A stretch of DNA of 64,000 bases, from contig CAVYNH010000006.1 of NCBI GenBank assembly GCA_963769885.1, forward strand, positions 128,001-192,000, in the 5' to 3' direction. How positions within the stretch are numbered: the first letter of the stretch is position 1; every line of letters begins with the position of its first letter. This DNA comes from Methanobacteriota archaeon. GTDB taxonomy: Archaea > Thermoplasmatota > E2 > DHVEG-1. Both the position numbers and the translations under genes were made by a program. The notes under the pieces were generated by a model. The model saw only the letters and a program-made list of their open reading frames with translations. It was not told where the DNA came from and did not search any database. Shown piece after piece: positions 8,091-17,509 of this stretch.

Positions 8091-10442
8091 ATGCACCTCG
8101 ACAACCTCTTCACCAAACGACCAGGACCAGACGACGTCTACGAAATCAACGTCAAAGACGCCACCGACCAAGACCTCCAGCAAATCAGCGACCAGCTCGG
8201 CCTCGCCCTCGCCCTCCCCGAAATGAAACGCATCCAAACCTATTTCAACGACCGTCACCGCCACCCCACCGACATCGAACTCCAAGCCCTCGGCCAAGCC
8301 TGGAGCGAACACTGCTGCTACAAATCCAGCAAAGTCCCGCTCAAGAAATACGTCTTCAACGTCGACGAACAACGCATCATCGCCCGCGAGGACGCCGGCG
8401 TCATGGACTTCACCGACGACTACTACTACTGCGTCGCCCTCGAATCCCATAACCATCCGTCAGCCATCGAACCCTACGGAGGCGCCGCCACCGGCATCGG
8501 CGGCATCGTCCGCGACGTCGTCTGCATGGGCGCCCAGCCCATCGCCTTCGTCGACCCCCTCTTCTTCGGACCACTCAACACCCCGCAGAATCAATTACCG
8601 AAGGGCGTCAAGCACCCCCGGTATCTCATGAAGGGTGTCGTCGACGGTATTCGTGATTACGGTAACAGAATCGGCATCCCGACTGTGACCGGCCAGGTCA
8701 CCTTCCACGACGGCTACACCGGCAACTGCCTCGTCAACGTCGGCTGCCTTGGCATCATGAAGAAAAAAGAACTCATCCATTCCTGGGCCACTGCCCCCGG
8801 CGAAGTCTATATCTACGTCGGCGGTAAAACCGGCCGCGACGGCATCCACGGCGTCACCTTTGCCTCAGCAGAATTAACGGAGAAAAGCGAGGAGAGCAGC
8901 AGATCAGCGGTCCAAGTCGGCGACCCCATCACCAAAGAACCCGTTATCCACGCCTGCCTCGAAGCTAACCGCAAAGGACTCCTCCAAGGATTCAAAGACT
9001 TCGGCGGCGGCGGACTGTCCTGCGTCAGCGGCGAACTCGCCTACAGCAACAACCTCGGCGCCGAAATCCACCTCGACGACGTCCCCCTCAAAGCCGAAGA
9101 CCTCAAACCCTGGGAAATCTGGGTCAGTGAAAGCCAAGAACGCATGATGCTCGTCGCCAAACCCCAGCATGTCCAAGAAATCCTCCACATCTGCAAACAA
9201 TGGGACGTCCCAGCCGCAGCCGTCGGCCACGTCATCAAAGACCCCGCCATCCGCGTCTTCATCCACGGCCAAAAAATCCTGGAGATGGACTTGGAATTCA
9301 TGACCGGCGGCCCCATCTACGACAGCTGTCAGCGCCCCTACACGATCCCCCAACCCGCCGAACAAGACACCCCAGTCCCGCAGCCAAAAGATCTGAACAA
9401 GACGCTAACAAAACTCCTCTCCTCACTCAACATCGCCAGCAAGGACTGGGTCATCCGCCAATACGACCACGAAGTCAGAGCCAACACCGTCATCAAACCC
9501 CTCCAAGGCAAACTCGGCTCCGAGACCCACGGCGACGCCGCCGTCATCCAACCCCTCGAACACTCCTACAAAGGCATCGCCCTCACCGCCGACATCAACC
9601 CCCGCTACATGGAGCGCCACCCCTACTGGGGCGCCGCCAGCGCCATCGACGAAGCCTGCCGCAACCTCACCGCCGTCGGCGCACGACCCGACAGCCTCCT
9701 GGACTGCCTCAACTTCGGCAACCCCGAAAAACCAGAACGCATGGGCGAACTCTATGAAGCCTGCCGCGGCCTCGGCGACATGGCACGCGCCCTCGACCTC
9801 CCCTTCGTCTCCGGCAACGTCAGCCTCTACAACCAATCCACCAAGACCGCCGTCCCACCCACCCCCGAGATTATGGGCGTCGGCATCGCCGACGATATCC
9901 GTCACTGCACCACCAGCGACCTCAAAGCCGAAGGCGACAGTCTCTACCTCATCGGGAGGAAGACCGACAACGAACTCGGCGGCAGCGAATACTACGCCCT
10001 CCTCAAACACAACAGCGGAAAAGTCCCCCGCACCGACCCCGCCCTCCTCAAAGCCTGCATCAATGGACTCCTCACCGCCATGAAATCAGACCTCATCGCC
10101 GCCTGCCACAACCCCAGCGAAGGAGGCCTCGCCGTCGCCCTCGCCGAGATGACCATCGGCGGAGACCTCGGCGCCACCATCGACCTCACCAGTCTTGGCG
10201 ACCTGCGCAGCGACCTCCTCATGTTCAGCGAAACCAACACCCGCTGGCTTGCCGAAATCCACCCAGACCACCAGAAAGACTTCGAAACAACCCTCAAAGA
10301 ACACCATGTCCCATTCACAAAGATCGGCACCGTCACCGGAAACCGGCTCATCATCACCAAAGGCAAGAAACCCCTCATCGACCTCCCCATAAGCACCCTA
10401 CGGGACAGCTGGAAGAAGACGCTCTGGGATTATATGGGATAA
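8091..10442 (+). CDS. purL: FGAM synthase subunit PurL
   Basis: Motifs WSEHCCYKSS, ESHNHPS, TGRDGIHG, SESQERM, LNFGNPE and SGNVSLYN. Confidence 0.96.
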   Translation: MHLDNLFTKRPGPDDVYEINVKDATDQDLQQISDQLGLALALPEMKRIQTYFNDRHRHPTDIELQALGQAWSEHCCYKSSKVPLKKYVFNVDEQRIIAREDAGVMDFTDDYYYCVALESHNHPSAIEPYGGAATGIGGIVRDVVCMGAQPIAFVDPLFFGPLNTPQNQLPKGVKHPRYLMKGVVDGIRDYGNRIGIPTVTGQVTFHDGYTGNCLVNVGCLGIMKKKELIHSWATAPGEVYIYVGGKTGRDGIHGVTFASAELTEKSEESSRSAVQVGDPITKEPVIHACLEANRKGLLQGFKDFGGGGLSCVSGELAYSNNLGAEIHLDDVPLKAEDLKPWEIWVSESQERMMLVAKPQHVQEILHICKQWDVPAAAVGHVIKDPAIRVFIHGQKILEMDLEFMTGGPIYDSCQRPYTIPQPAEQDTPVPQPKDLNKTLTKLLSSLNIASKDWVIRQYDHEVRANTVIKPLQGKLGSETHGDAAVIQPLEHSYKGIALTADINPRYMERHPYWGAASAIDEACRNLTAVGARPDSLLDCLNFGNPEKPERMGELYEACRGLGDMARALDLPFVSGNVSLYNQSTKTAVPPTPEIMGVGIADDIRHCTTSDLKAEGDSLYLIGRKTDNELGGSEYYALLKHNSGKVPRTDPALLKACINGLLTAMKSDLIAACHNPSEGGLAVALAEMTIGGDLGATIDLTSLGDLRSDLLMFSETNTRWLAEIHPDHQKDFETTLKEHHVPFTKIGTVTGNRLIITKGKKPLIDLPISTLRDSWKKTLWDYMG

Positions 10443-10524
10443 CCAAGAAAAACACGGCCCCCTCTCCCTTCCTTTTTATAAATACGCGATATCCTTAAAA
10501 CAATCAGCGCGTTATCTGTTGGCA

Positions 10525-11580
10525 ATGATGACCACTGACCAGGTCCGAAAGAGGGATACAGTGAAGAACGAGAAGAAAAATCTCCTCAGCCGTCCCATCA
10601 AGCACATCGACATCACCAGCTTCAACGCCATCCCCATCATCGAAGCCTTCGACAATATGGCGTTCCAATCCCGCAACCTCGCCAACGCCGCCCACATCTA
10701 CAACATGATGCTCGAGGACAAGGACTGCACCGTCATCCTCTGCCTCGCCGGCTCCCTCGTCAGCGCTGGCCTCAAGAAAGCCATCATCAACCTCATCCAC
10801 CACAACATGGTCGATGCCGTCGTCTCCACCGGAGCCATCGTCGTCGACCAGGACTTCTTCGAAGGCCTCGGATTCAAACACTACCGCGGCCAGATCCAAG
10901 TCGACGACACCAAGCTGCAGCAGCTCGCCGTCGACCGCATCTACGACACCTATATCGACGAGGACCAGCTGCGCATCTGCGACATGACCGTTAAAAAGAT
11001 CGCGGATGGCCTCGACCCACGGCCGTACTCCTCCCGGGAATTCATCGTCGAGATGGGCCGGTACCTCAACGAGCATCACGCGAACGCCGAGTCCTTCGTC
11101 CTGGAGGCGTACCGCCAACAGATGCCCATTTTCGTCCCCGCATTCTCAGACTCCAGTGCCGGCTTCGGTCTCGTCGCCCACCAGACCGAGAAGAAACAGA
11201 AGCATGTGACCATCGACTCGGTCCAGGATTTCCGGGAGCTCACTAGCCTGAAGGTCGCCTCGAAACAGACGGGCCTCTTGATGATCGGCGGCGGCGTCCC
11301 CAAGAACTTCGTGCAGGACACGGTCGTCGCGGCGGATATCCTCGGTGAAAATGCGCCTATGCACAAGTACGCGGTGCAGCTGACGGTCGCGGACGAGCGC
11401 GACGGCGCCCTCTCCGGCTCGACGCTGAAGGAGGCGAACTCTTGGGGCAAGGTCGACACCGGCCATGAGCAGATGGTGTACGGTGAGGCCTCGATCCTGT
11501 TCCCCCTGCTGGCCAGCTACGGGTACCATAAGGGAGCCTGGCGGCAGCGCAAGCCCCGGAAGCTCAACACCTTGTTTTAG
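10525..11580 (+). CDS. deoxyhypusine synthase family protein
   Basis: Motifs DRIYD, PIFVPAFSDSS, GGGVPKNF and DGALSGSTLKEANSWGKV. Confidence 0.88.
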   Translation: MMTTDQVRKRDTVKNEKKNLLSRPIKHIDITSFNAIPIIEAFDNMAFQSRNLANAAHIYNMMLEDKDCTVILCLAGSLVSAGLKKAIINLIHHNMVDAVVSTGAIVVDQDFFEGLGFKHYRGQIQVDDTKLQQLAVDRIYDTYIDEDQLRICDMTVKKIADGLDPRPYSSREFIVEMGRYLNEHHANAESFVLEAYRQQMPIFVPAFSDSSAGFGLVAHQTEKKQKHVTIDSVQDFRELTSLKVASKQTGLLMIGGGVPKNFVQDTVVAADILGENAPMHKYAVQLTVADERDGALSGSTLKEANSWGKVDTGHEQMVYGEASILFPLLASYGYHKGAWRQRKPRKLNTLF

Positions 11581-11621
11581 GTGCAATCATTAATATAGGG
11601 GGAGATTTCTCCGTTTCTCCT

Positions 11622-12428
11622 GTGACTTCGGCAGAGGGAAAGCTTTTGGCGCTGCGTAACCGGCTGCGTGGGCTACGTCGGGTCGCGGTCGCTTATTCCG
11701 GGGGGTTGGATAGCTCGTTTCTCTTGACGGTCGCGGTACAATCCCTTCCTGATAATGTCTTGGCGATTACTCTTGTGTCTGCGGCGCAGCCGTCCCAGGA
11801 TATTGATGGGGCATGTGCGTATTCGGCCAGCCTTGGCATCCCGCATCGGGTGGAGAATGTCGACGTGTTCGCAATCCCTGGATTTGTGGAGAACTCGCCG
11901 CAACGGTGCTACTTCTGTAAGAAAGAGGATTTTCTGCTGGCCAAGCAGGTCGCGGCCGCCGAGGGTTTCGATGTGGTGTGCGATGGGAGTACTTCGGATG
12001 ATACCAAGGATTTTCGCCCGGGGATGAAGGCATCTCGGGAGTTGGGCATTCTGAGTCCGTTGCTTGAGGTCGGGTTGACGAAGGCGGAGGTCAGGGTGTT
12101 GGCGAAGTCGTTGAGGATGCCGCAGTGGGATCGGCCGGCATCGCCGTGTCTGGCGTCGCGGATCCCGTATGGGACGCGGATCACGCCGGAGATGCTTCGG
12201 CAGGTGCAGGAGGCGGAGGCGGTGCTGCATCGGTTAGGGATTCTAGAGGTTCGCGTGCGTCATCATGGGACGGTGGCGCGGCTTGAGGTGCCGCGATCGC
12301 AGTTTCCTGTTGTGCTTGAGCATTCTGAAGAAATTGTTACCGCTTTAAAGGCACTTGGTTTCGCCTATGTCACTTTGGATATCGAGGGGTTTCGGTCGGG
12401 GAGTCTCAATGAGGTGATGTCGCGGTGA
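11622..12428 (+). CDS. larE: ATP-dependent sulfur transferase LarE
   Basis: PP-loop AYSGGLDS, plus RCYFCK, DFRPG, SPCLASRIPYG and GFRSGSLN. Confidence 0.92.
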   Translation: MTSAEGKLLALRNRLRGLRRVAVAYSGGLDSSFLLTVAVQSLPDNVLAITLVSAAQPSQDIDGACAYSASLGIPHRVENVDVFAIPGFVENSPQRCYFCKKEDFLLAKQVAAAEGFDVVCDGSTSDDTKDFRPGMKASRELGILSPLLEVGLTKAEVRVLAKSLRMPQWDRPASPCLASRIPYGTRITPEMLRQVQEAEAVLHRLGILEVRVRHHGTVARLEVPRSQFPVVLEHSEEIVTALKALGFAYVTLDIEGFRSGSLNEVMSR

Positions 12429-13153
12429 AGAAGCTGCTGCAGGAGTATAAGGCGGGGAGGGCGAGTCTCGCGGAGGTGTTGTCGTCGTTGGAAAATCTGC
12501 CGTACCAGGATTTGGGGTTTGCTCGGGTGGATACGCATCGGTCGGTGCGGAAGGGCTGGCCGGAGGCGGTGTTCTGCCCGGGGAAGACGACGGCGCAGAT
12601 CCTGGATATCGTTGAGGTGTTGTATAGGCAGGGGGCGAGTGTGATGCTGACGAAAGCGTCGAAGCGGGTGTTCACAGGGGTGAAGAAAAGGTATCCGTCT
12701 GCGGAGTTTTTTGAGCGGGCGCGGATGGTGGTAGTGCGTCAGGGGCGGGTGCGTCGGAAGCGGGGGCGTGTGCTGGTGGTGACGGCGGGGACGTCTGATC
12801 TGCCGGTGGCGGAGGAGGCGATGGTGACGGCGGAGGTGATGGGCAGTCCCGTGGAGTTGGTGTGCGATGTAGGGGTCGCTGGGGTGCATCGGTTGTTGGC
12901 GGTGCGGGAGAAGCTGCAGCGGGCGAGTGTGGTGGTGGTGGTTGCGGGGATGGAGGGGGCGTTGGCGAGTATCATCGGGGGGTTGACGTCTCGGCCAGTG
13001 GTGGCGGTGCCGACGAGTGTGGGGTATGGGGCGAGTTTTGGGGGGGTGGCGCCGCTGTTGACGATGTTGAATTGTTGTGCGGAGGGGGTGGTGGTGGTGA
13101 ATATCGATAACGGGTTTGGGGCCGGGTATTTTGCGAGTCTGATTAATAGGTGA
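12425..13153 (+). CDS. larB: nickel-pincer cofactor biosynthesis protein LarB
   Basis: Motifs TAGTSDLPVAEEA, DVGVAG.HRL, AGMEGAL, PTSVGYG and VNIDNGFGA. Confidence 0.94.
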   Translation: MKKLLQEYKAGRASLAEVLSSLENLPYQDLGFARVDTHRSVRKGWPEAVFCPGKTTAQILDIVEVLYRQGASVMLTKASKRVFTGVKKRYPSAEFFERARMVVVRQGRVRRKRGRVLVVTAGTSDLPVAEEAMVTAEVMGSPVELVCDVGVAGVHRLLAVREKLQRASVVVVVAGMEGALASIIGGLTSRPVVAVPTSVGYGASFGGVAPLLTMLNCCAEGVVVVNIDNGFGAGYFASLINR

Positions 13154-13159
13154 TTTCGT

Positions 13160-13909
13160 CTGACTAGAATATTGTATTTTGATTGTTTTTCTGGGGTCGC
13201 CGGGGACATGATCCTCGGGGCGCTTCTGGATGTGGGGGTGAATGTGGAGTGGTTAAGTGATCAGATTGGTTTGTTGGGATTAACTGGGTTTTCTTTGGCG
13301 GTGCGGAAGGTTGAGAGTCATCATCTCATGGGGACAGATGTCGTGGTGTCGGTTGAGGAGGATCAGCCGCATCGGGGTCTCGCTGACATTCGAAGGATAG
13401 TGATGAGGAGTGGGCTTTCCGCCGAGGTCAAGCGGAAGAGTATGCTGGTGTTTTCCCGGCTGGCTGAGGTTGAGGGGAAGATCCACGGCATTCCTCCAAA
13501 GCAGGTTCATTTCCATGAGGTGGGGGCGGTGGATAGCATCATTGATGTGGTCGGGTCGGTGGCCGGTCTTTCTGTCCTCGGTGTTGATGTGGTGATGTGT
13601 TCTCCGTTGCCGTTGGGTCGTGGGTTCGTGCGGTGTGCGCATGGGGTGTTGCCGGTGCCTGCGCCGGCGACGGTGGAGCTGCTGCGTGGGGTGCCGGTGT
13701 ACCAGACGGAGCGTGAGCAGGAGTTGGTGACGCCGACGGGTGCGGCGATTATGGTGAGTTGTGCGCAGTCGTTTGGTCCGGTACCGCCGATGCGGATCGA
13801 GAAGGTTGGGTACGGGGCCGGGAAAATCGAGAGTGAATACCCCAATCTCTTGCGTGTTTTTCTTGGGGAGTTGGAAGAAAAGAAAAGGGTGCGGAAGAAA
13901 GCCGTTTGA
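13160..13909 (+). CDS. larC: nickel insertion protein LarC, N-terminal (LarC1-like) part only
   Basis: Motifs YFDCFSGVAGDMILGAL, VHFHEVGAVDSIID, PVPAPAT and ELVTPTGAA. Probable CTG start at 13160 (TTG at 13172 is the alternative). Confidence 0.88.
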   Translation: MTRILYFDCFSGVAGDMILGALLDVGVNVEWLSDQIGLLGLTGFSLAVRKVESHHLMGTDVVVSVEEDQPHRGLADIRRIVMRSGLSAEVKRKSMLVFSRLAEVEGKIHGIPPKQVHFHEVGAVDSIIDVVGSVAGLSVLGVDVVMCSPLPLGRGFVRCAHGVLPVPAPATVELLRGVPVYQTEREQELVTPTGAAIMVSCAQSFGPVPPMRIEKVGYGAGKIESEYPNLLRVFLGELEEKKRVRKKAV

Positions 13910-13915
13910 ATGTCT

Positions 13916-14206
13916 TTAGGCTTTGACCGCGTGCTTGTGTTTTGCCTTGTCGTAGGTGACGAGTGCCGCCCAGAGGGCGATGGTGACGAGCGTGATGGTG
14001 ACGCCGAGCAGGAGATCGTTTGCCAGGTTAGGTCCGATGAGGGTTAGTTCTCCGTTCCAGAGGTGGTCGATGAAGCCGAAGATGCCGGCGCCGGCGAGCA
14101 TGAGGTTCAGCCAGAGCTGGTAGTTATTTTTCTTTAGTGAATCCACTTTTTTTCTCAAGGTGCCGTGGACGAGAGCGGCGATGGTTGGGACGACGTAGCA
14201 GACCAT
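13916..14206 (-). CDS. small hypothetical membrane protein
   Basis: 96 aa with hydrophobic helices and FGFIDHLWNGEL; AGGAGG SD. Confidence 0.7.
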   Translation of the reverse strand: MVCYVVPTIAALVHGTLRKKVDSLKKNNYQLWLNLMLAGAGIFGFIDHLWNGELTLIGPNLANDLLLGVTITLVTIALWAALVTYDKAKHKHAVKA

Positions 14207-14411
14207 AAGGAAGTCAGCCTCCTTGGAGGGAGGTAAGGCGGGGGTAGGCTAAATAATTTACTGCCCGAAGATTCCGGGGTGTCTTTGCTTCTTTTTGTAG
14301 AGAATTGGCCGGTACAGAAAGGCGGATTATTGAAACAAATGGTGCTTATAAATCAGATAGAAAAAGTTTATTAGAGCAAACCTCCTTCTTTTCTTGGGAG
14401 AAATTTTCTCC

Positions 14412-15254
14412 ATGATGAAAAGATGGATCGGAGTCGGCATTGTGAGTATTCTGATTTGCACGAGCGTTCCGGTTTTTTCGTTGATCCCCACTCGGAATCT
14501 TCATGTTTACCTTGGCGGAATCGAAGACGACGATGTGACGCCGCCGGCCACCACGATCACCTTGAACCCGGCCACCCCGAACGGGCAACATGACTGGTAT
14601 ATTACCAATCCGCAGGTCACCTTGACCGCCATCGACAACGAATCAGGGGTCTTTGTCACTAAATATAGAATCGATGCCGGTGCAGAGATGACTTACAATT
14701 ATCCCTTTATCGTTTCAGGGGATGGAACACATACCATTACGTACTGGTCGATTGACAACGCAAGCAATGTCGAGCCATGGAAATACCAGATTCTCAAGAT
14801 AGACACAACGGTTCCTCTTGAAAATTTGACAAAAGAAAAGAAGTTTAAAATGATAATCTGGACTGCGACTTGTTGGGATGCTACAAGTGGCGTCAATCGC
14901 GTAGAATTCTATTTGAATGGCGTGCTCCGCTACAATGACACCGAACCGCCATACCAGTGGACGTATTATTTCGACTCACCCCCAATTACATTAACCGGAA
15001 TCACCAAGAAACCTCAAATCGCGGAGAACAATATCACAATCCCTGTCATCATAGGGGTAATAAAAGATAATAGTGATAATATGACAATGAAAGCTGTTGT
15101 CTATGATAATGCGGGATTGTACTCTTTTACCTCTCCAAGCTACGTTCTTGGGCCCTTTTACTACCTGGTTTTTCACAGGACCTTGGTCGTGCCTAATCAT
15201 TACACCGGACATCTAGGATGGTTCTTCGTCCACGCTACGTTTCTTGAGGATTAA
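14412..15254 (+). CDS. secreted Ig-like domain protein
   Basis: Signal peptide, D.TPP.T...GWY-type unit, DGTHTITYWSIDNASNVE and SGVNRVEFYLNG..DTEPPYQW. Confidence 0.75.
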   Translation: MMKRWIGVGIVSILICTSVPVFSLIPTRNLHVYLGGIEDDDVTPPATTITLNPATPNGQHDWYITNPQVTLTAIDNESGVFVTKYRIDAGAEMTYNYPFIVSGDGTHTITYWSIDNASNVEPWKYQILKIDTTVPLENLTKEKKFKMIIWTATCWDATSGVNRVEFYLNGVLRYNDTEPPYQWTYYFDSPPITLTGITKKPQIAENNITIPVIIGVIKDNSDNMTMKAVVYDNAGLYSFTSPSYVLGPFYYLVFHRTLVVPNHYTGHLGWFFVHATFLED

Positions 15255-15421
15255 CCCAAGGCACTGATTTCCTTCTATTCAATCATGCATTGAAATAATT
15301 TGGAAGGTACCGCCGCAGAGGAACCCATTTCCCGAGATGTTTCAAGGGCCATTCTCACGAACGATTTCACCCTACAGTAAATCAGAATACTGCTTGAAAG
15401 GAAGAGAAGAAAACGTACTGT

Positions 15422-15655
15422 TTATTGGAGCGCGGCGTTGAGGTCTTTGACGAGCTGGGTGGTGTCGATGCCGTGAACGGCGGCGATGTCCTTGACTTTT
15501 TCGAAGGAGGCGGCGAGGCAGCCGATGCAGCCGACGTTGTATTTCATGAAGACCATGGCGGTCTGGGGGTACTTGTCGATGACGTCCTTGATGGTCCAGT
15601 CTTCGGTGATCGTCTGTGTGCCGGTCGTTTGTGGTTTGCCGGTGGTCTGTTTCAT
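15422..15655 (-). CDS. DUF1858 domain protein (hybrid-cluster-associated redox disulfide domain)
   Basis: ITEDWTIKDVIDKYP, CIGC and AAVHGID..LV.DLN pattern. Confidence 0.8.
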   Translation of the reverse strand: MKQTTGKPQTTGTQTITEDWTIKDVIDKYPQTAMVFMKYNVGCIGCLAASFEKVKDIAAVHGIDTTQLVKDLNAALQ

Positions 15656-15831
15656 AGTACGAACCGGTAAGCCCATGCGTTATATATAGGTTTGCCATGG
15701 AGAACGGGAGGGGGAAGTGAGGAGAGACCGGACGGGAAGGTCTGGGAGAAAAACGCGCCTTGCTCTGGGAGGAAGGGGTGGTTTCCGTCCGGTTGTCGAT
15801 TGCCAAGACTAGGGATTGGGCCCGTGATATT

Positions 15832-15880
15832 TAAACCGGGGCGGGGGGTCGGTGAAACTATTTAAAAACTTTGTCTCAAA
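15832..15880. repeat. copy A of a conserved fixed-spacing intergenic element
   Basis: TAAACC-N5-GGGGGGTC-N3-GAAACTATT-N8-TTGTCTCAAA; same blocks and spacing as 34135-34183. Confidence 0.8.
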
Positions 15881-15971
15881 TCTGTGCTTTCCCTCCTTTA
15901 AACGACGATCATGGTCCGTCCGTGACCGATGAAAGTATTCGATTCAAAGGGAACGCGGCATGCTCGGTTTA

Positions 15972-16682
15972 TCAAAGTAGTTTCCGTAGCTCTCGGCAGA
16001 TGTTTAGCAGGAATAAAAGGGGATGGCCAGCCAAGGGGCTTCCGGGGAGGGTGTAGGGATGGATTCCGGGTTTCGTGATGTTGGTGATGTTGCGGTTCCC
16101 GGCGTTGTCGTAGACGCGGACCTGATAGTTGACGGTGCAATGGGGCACCGGGCTAATAACATACTGATACGGGGCCTCAGTGTCGGTGAACTGAAGGCTG
16201 CCATTGCAATAGAATTCCACTCGGTTGATACCGCTTATGGCGTCGTTAGCGTTTGCTGTGATGATGCGCTTCTTTGTGAGAATCCCTTGCTGCTCGATGG
16301 AGACCGTGGCTGTGGGCGGCGTCCAGTCGATTTTGACGGGTGGTAGCATGGTCTGGTTGTAAATCCATTGGCCTCCACTTTGTGTGGTGGTGTATCGCCA
16401 TTGGAACGGGTAAAGGTCGCTTTCGTTCTTGATGGTGAACAGTCCGGTGTAGGGGACCCAGGATCCTGAGGAGCGGTATTGGATTTCGAGGACGAAACCT
16501 GGGTCGTACTCGAAGGTGACGTTGATGCGGATGATCCAGTGATTGTCGCCAAAGATGAAGTCGAACACGGGGGTGCAATCGCCTGAGGTTCTGGTGGTTG
16601 GGGTGCTCGTCACGGCTGGGAGCATGGGGGTGCTGAGAAAAAGGACGGCTACAAGTAGAGCACATTTTCCTGTGTGTATCAT
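15972..16682 (-). CDS. secreted Ig-like domain protein
   Basis: Signal peptide; KIDWTPP, SGINRVEFY.NG..FTDTEAPY and YDNAGN; resembles 14412-15254. Confidence 0.7.
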   Translation of the reverse strand: MIHTGKCALLVAVLFLSTPMLPAVTSTPTTRTSGDCTPVFDFIFGDNHWIIRINVTFEYDPGFVLEIQYRSSGSWVPYTGLFTIKNESDLYPFQWRYTTTQSGGQWIYNQTMLPPVKIDWTPPTATVSIEQQGILTKKRIITANANDAISGINRVEFYCNGSLQFTDTEAPYQYVISPVPHCTVNYQVRVYDNAGNRNITNITKPGIHPYTLPGSPLAGHPLLFLLNICRELRKLL

Positions 16683-16828
16683 GGATAAATCCTCCCTTTA
16701 CCTTGATACAATATCATTGTAAGGTTATTTCAAGTTTTTTACGTGTTTTTTGTAACTTTTTTCCTGGTTTCTTGAAGATGAGAAGATTTAAATAATCATT
16801 CCCGCATCCTTCCCACAAGGGATTTTTG

Positions 16829-17509
16829 ATGCGGGGACAAAAGAAAATAACTATCATCATCGCCATGCTCCTCCTCACCACCACGCCACTCGGCTATCTC
16901 TTCCTCGCCCAACGCGACCAAGCCACACCCGCTCTGCCGCAAACCCTGGAAACCATCACGACCACGGACGACACCCAAATCTATACCAAGGACCTGATCA
17001 GCGCCGGACCGCTGGAGGGCTACAGCCCGCTCACCGTCAGCTTCTACGGCAACCCCGACAACGACACCTGCATCACCTCGTACCACTGGGACTTCGGCCC
17101 CCAAGGCGCAGGCATCATCCAATCCGACATCTACACCCAGCTCACCCAACGACCCATCAGACTCCAACGACTCATCTCCATCATCGCCATTGCATCAGGC
17201 ATCGGCATCGGAACCGCCAGTCCACCCCTCGCCTTTGGGGCCATCGCCGCCTGCATGATCGCCCTGCTTCTCGTCTCGGTAAAAATGGAGGCACAGACCA
17301 GACTCCATTACAGCTTCCAATCAGACGACCGCGGCACCAGCATGGTCTTCCTCTACCCCGGCTCCTACTCCGCGACCCTCACCGTCACCGACGCCCAGGG
17401 CCACACAGCCCAGGACACCGTCTGGGTCATGGCCCTCAAATACCCACCCAACCCCCCGCCAGACTACGACACCCACTACCTACTGCATCAGATATCGAGA
17501 AGGACCTGA
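16829..17509 (+). CDS. membrane protein with a PKD domain interrupted by a hydrophobic insert
   Basis: PLTVSF...SYHWDFG and PGSYSATLTVTDAQG halves separated by two hydrophobic segments. Confidence 0.65.
   Translation: MRGQKKITIIIAMLLLTTTPLGYLFLAQRDQATPALPQTLETITTTDDTQIYTKDLISAGPLEGYSPLTVSFYGNPDNDTCITSYHWDFGPQGAGIIQSDIYTQLTQRPIRLQRLISIIAIASGIGIGTASPPLAFGAIAACMIALLLVSVKMEAQTRLHYSFQSDDRGTSMVFLYPGSYSATLTVTDAQGHTAQDTVWVMALKYPPNPPPDYDTHYLLHQISRRT

Noticed and set aside
15832-15880. Origin recognition box (ORB) reading of the G-string/GAAAC element
   Set aside because: The G-string lies 5' of GAAAC rather than 3', the TCCA..GGA core is missing, and there is no adjacent cdc6 or inverted pair.
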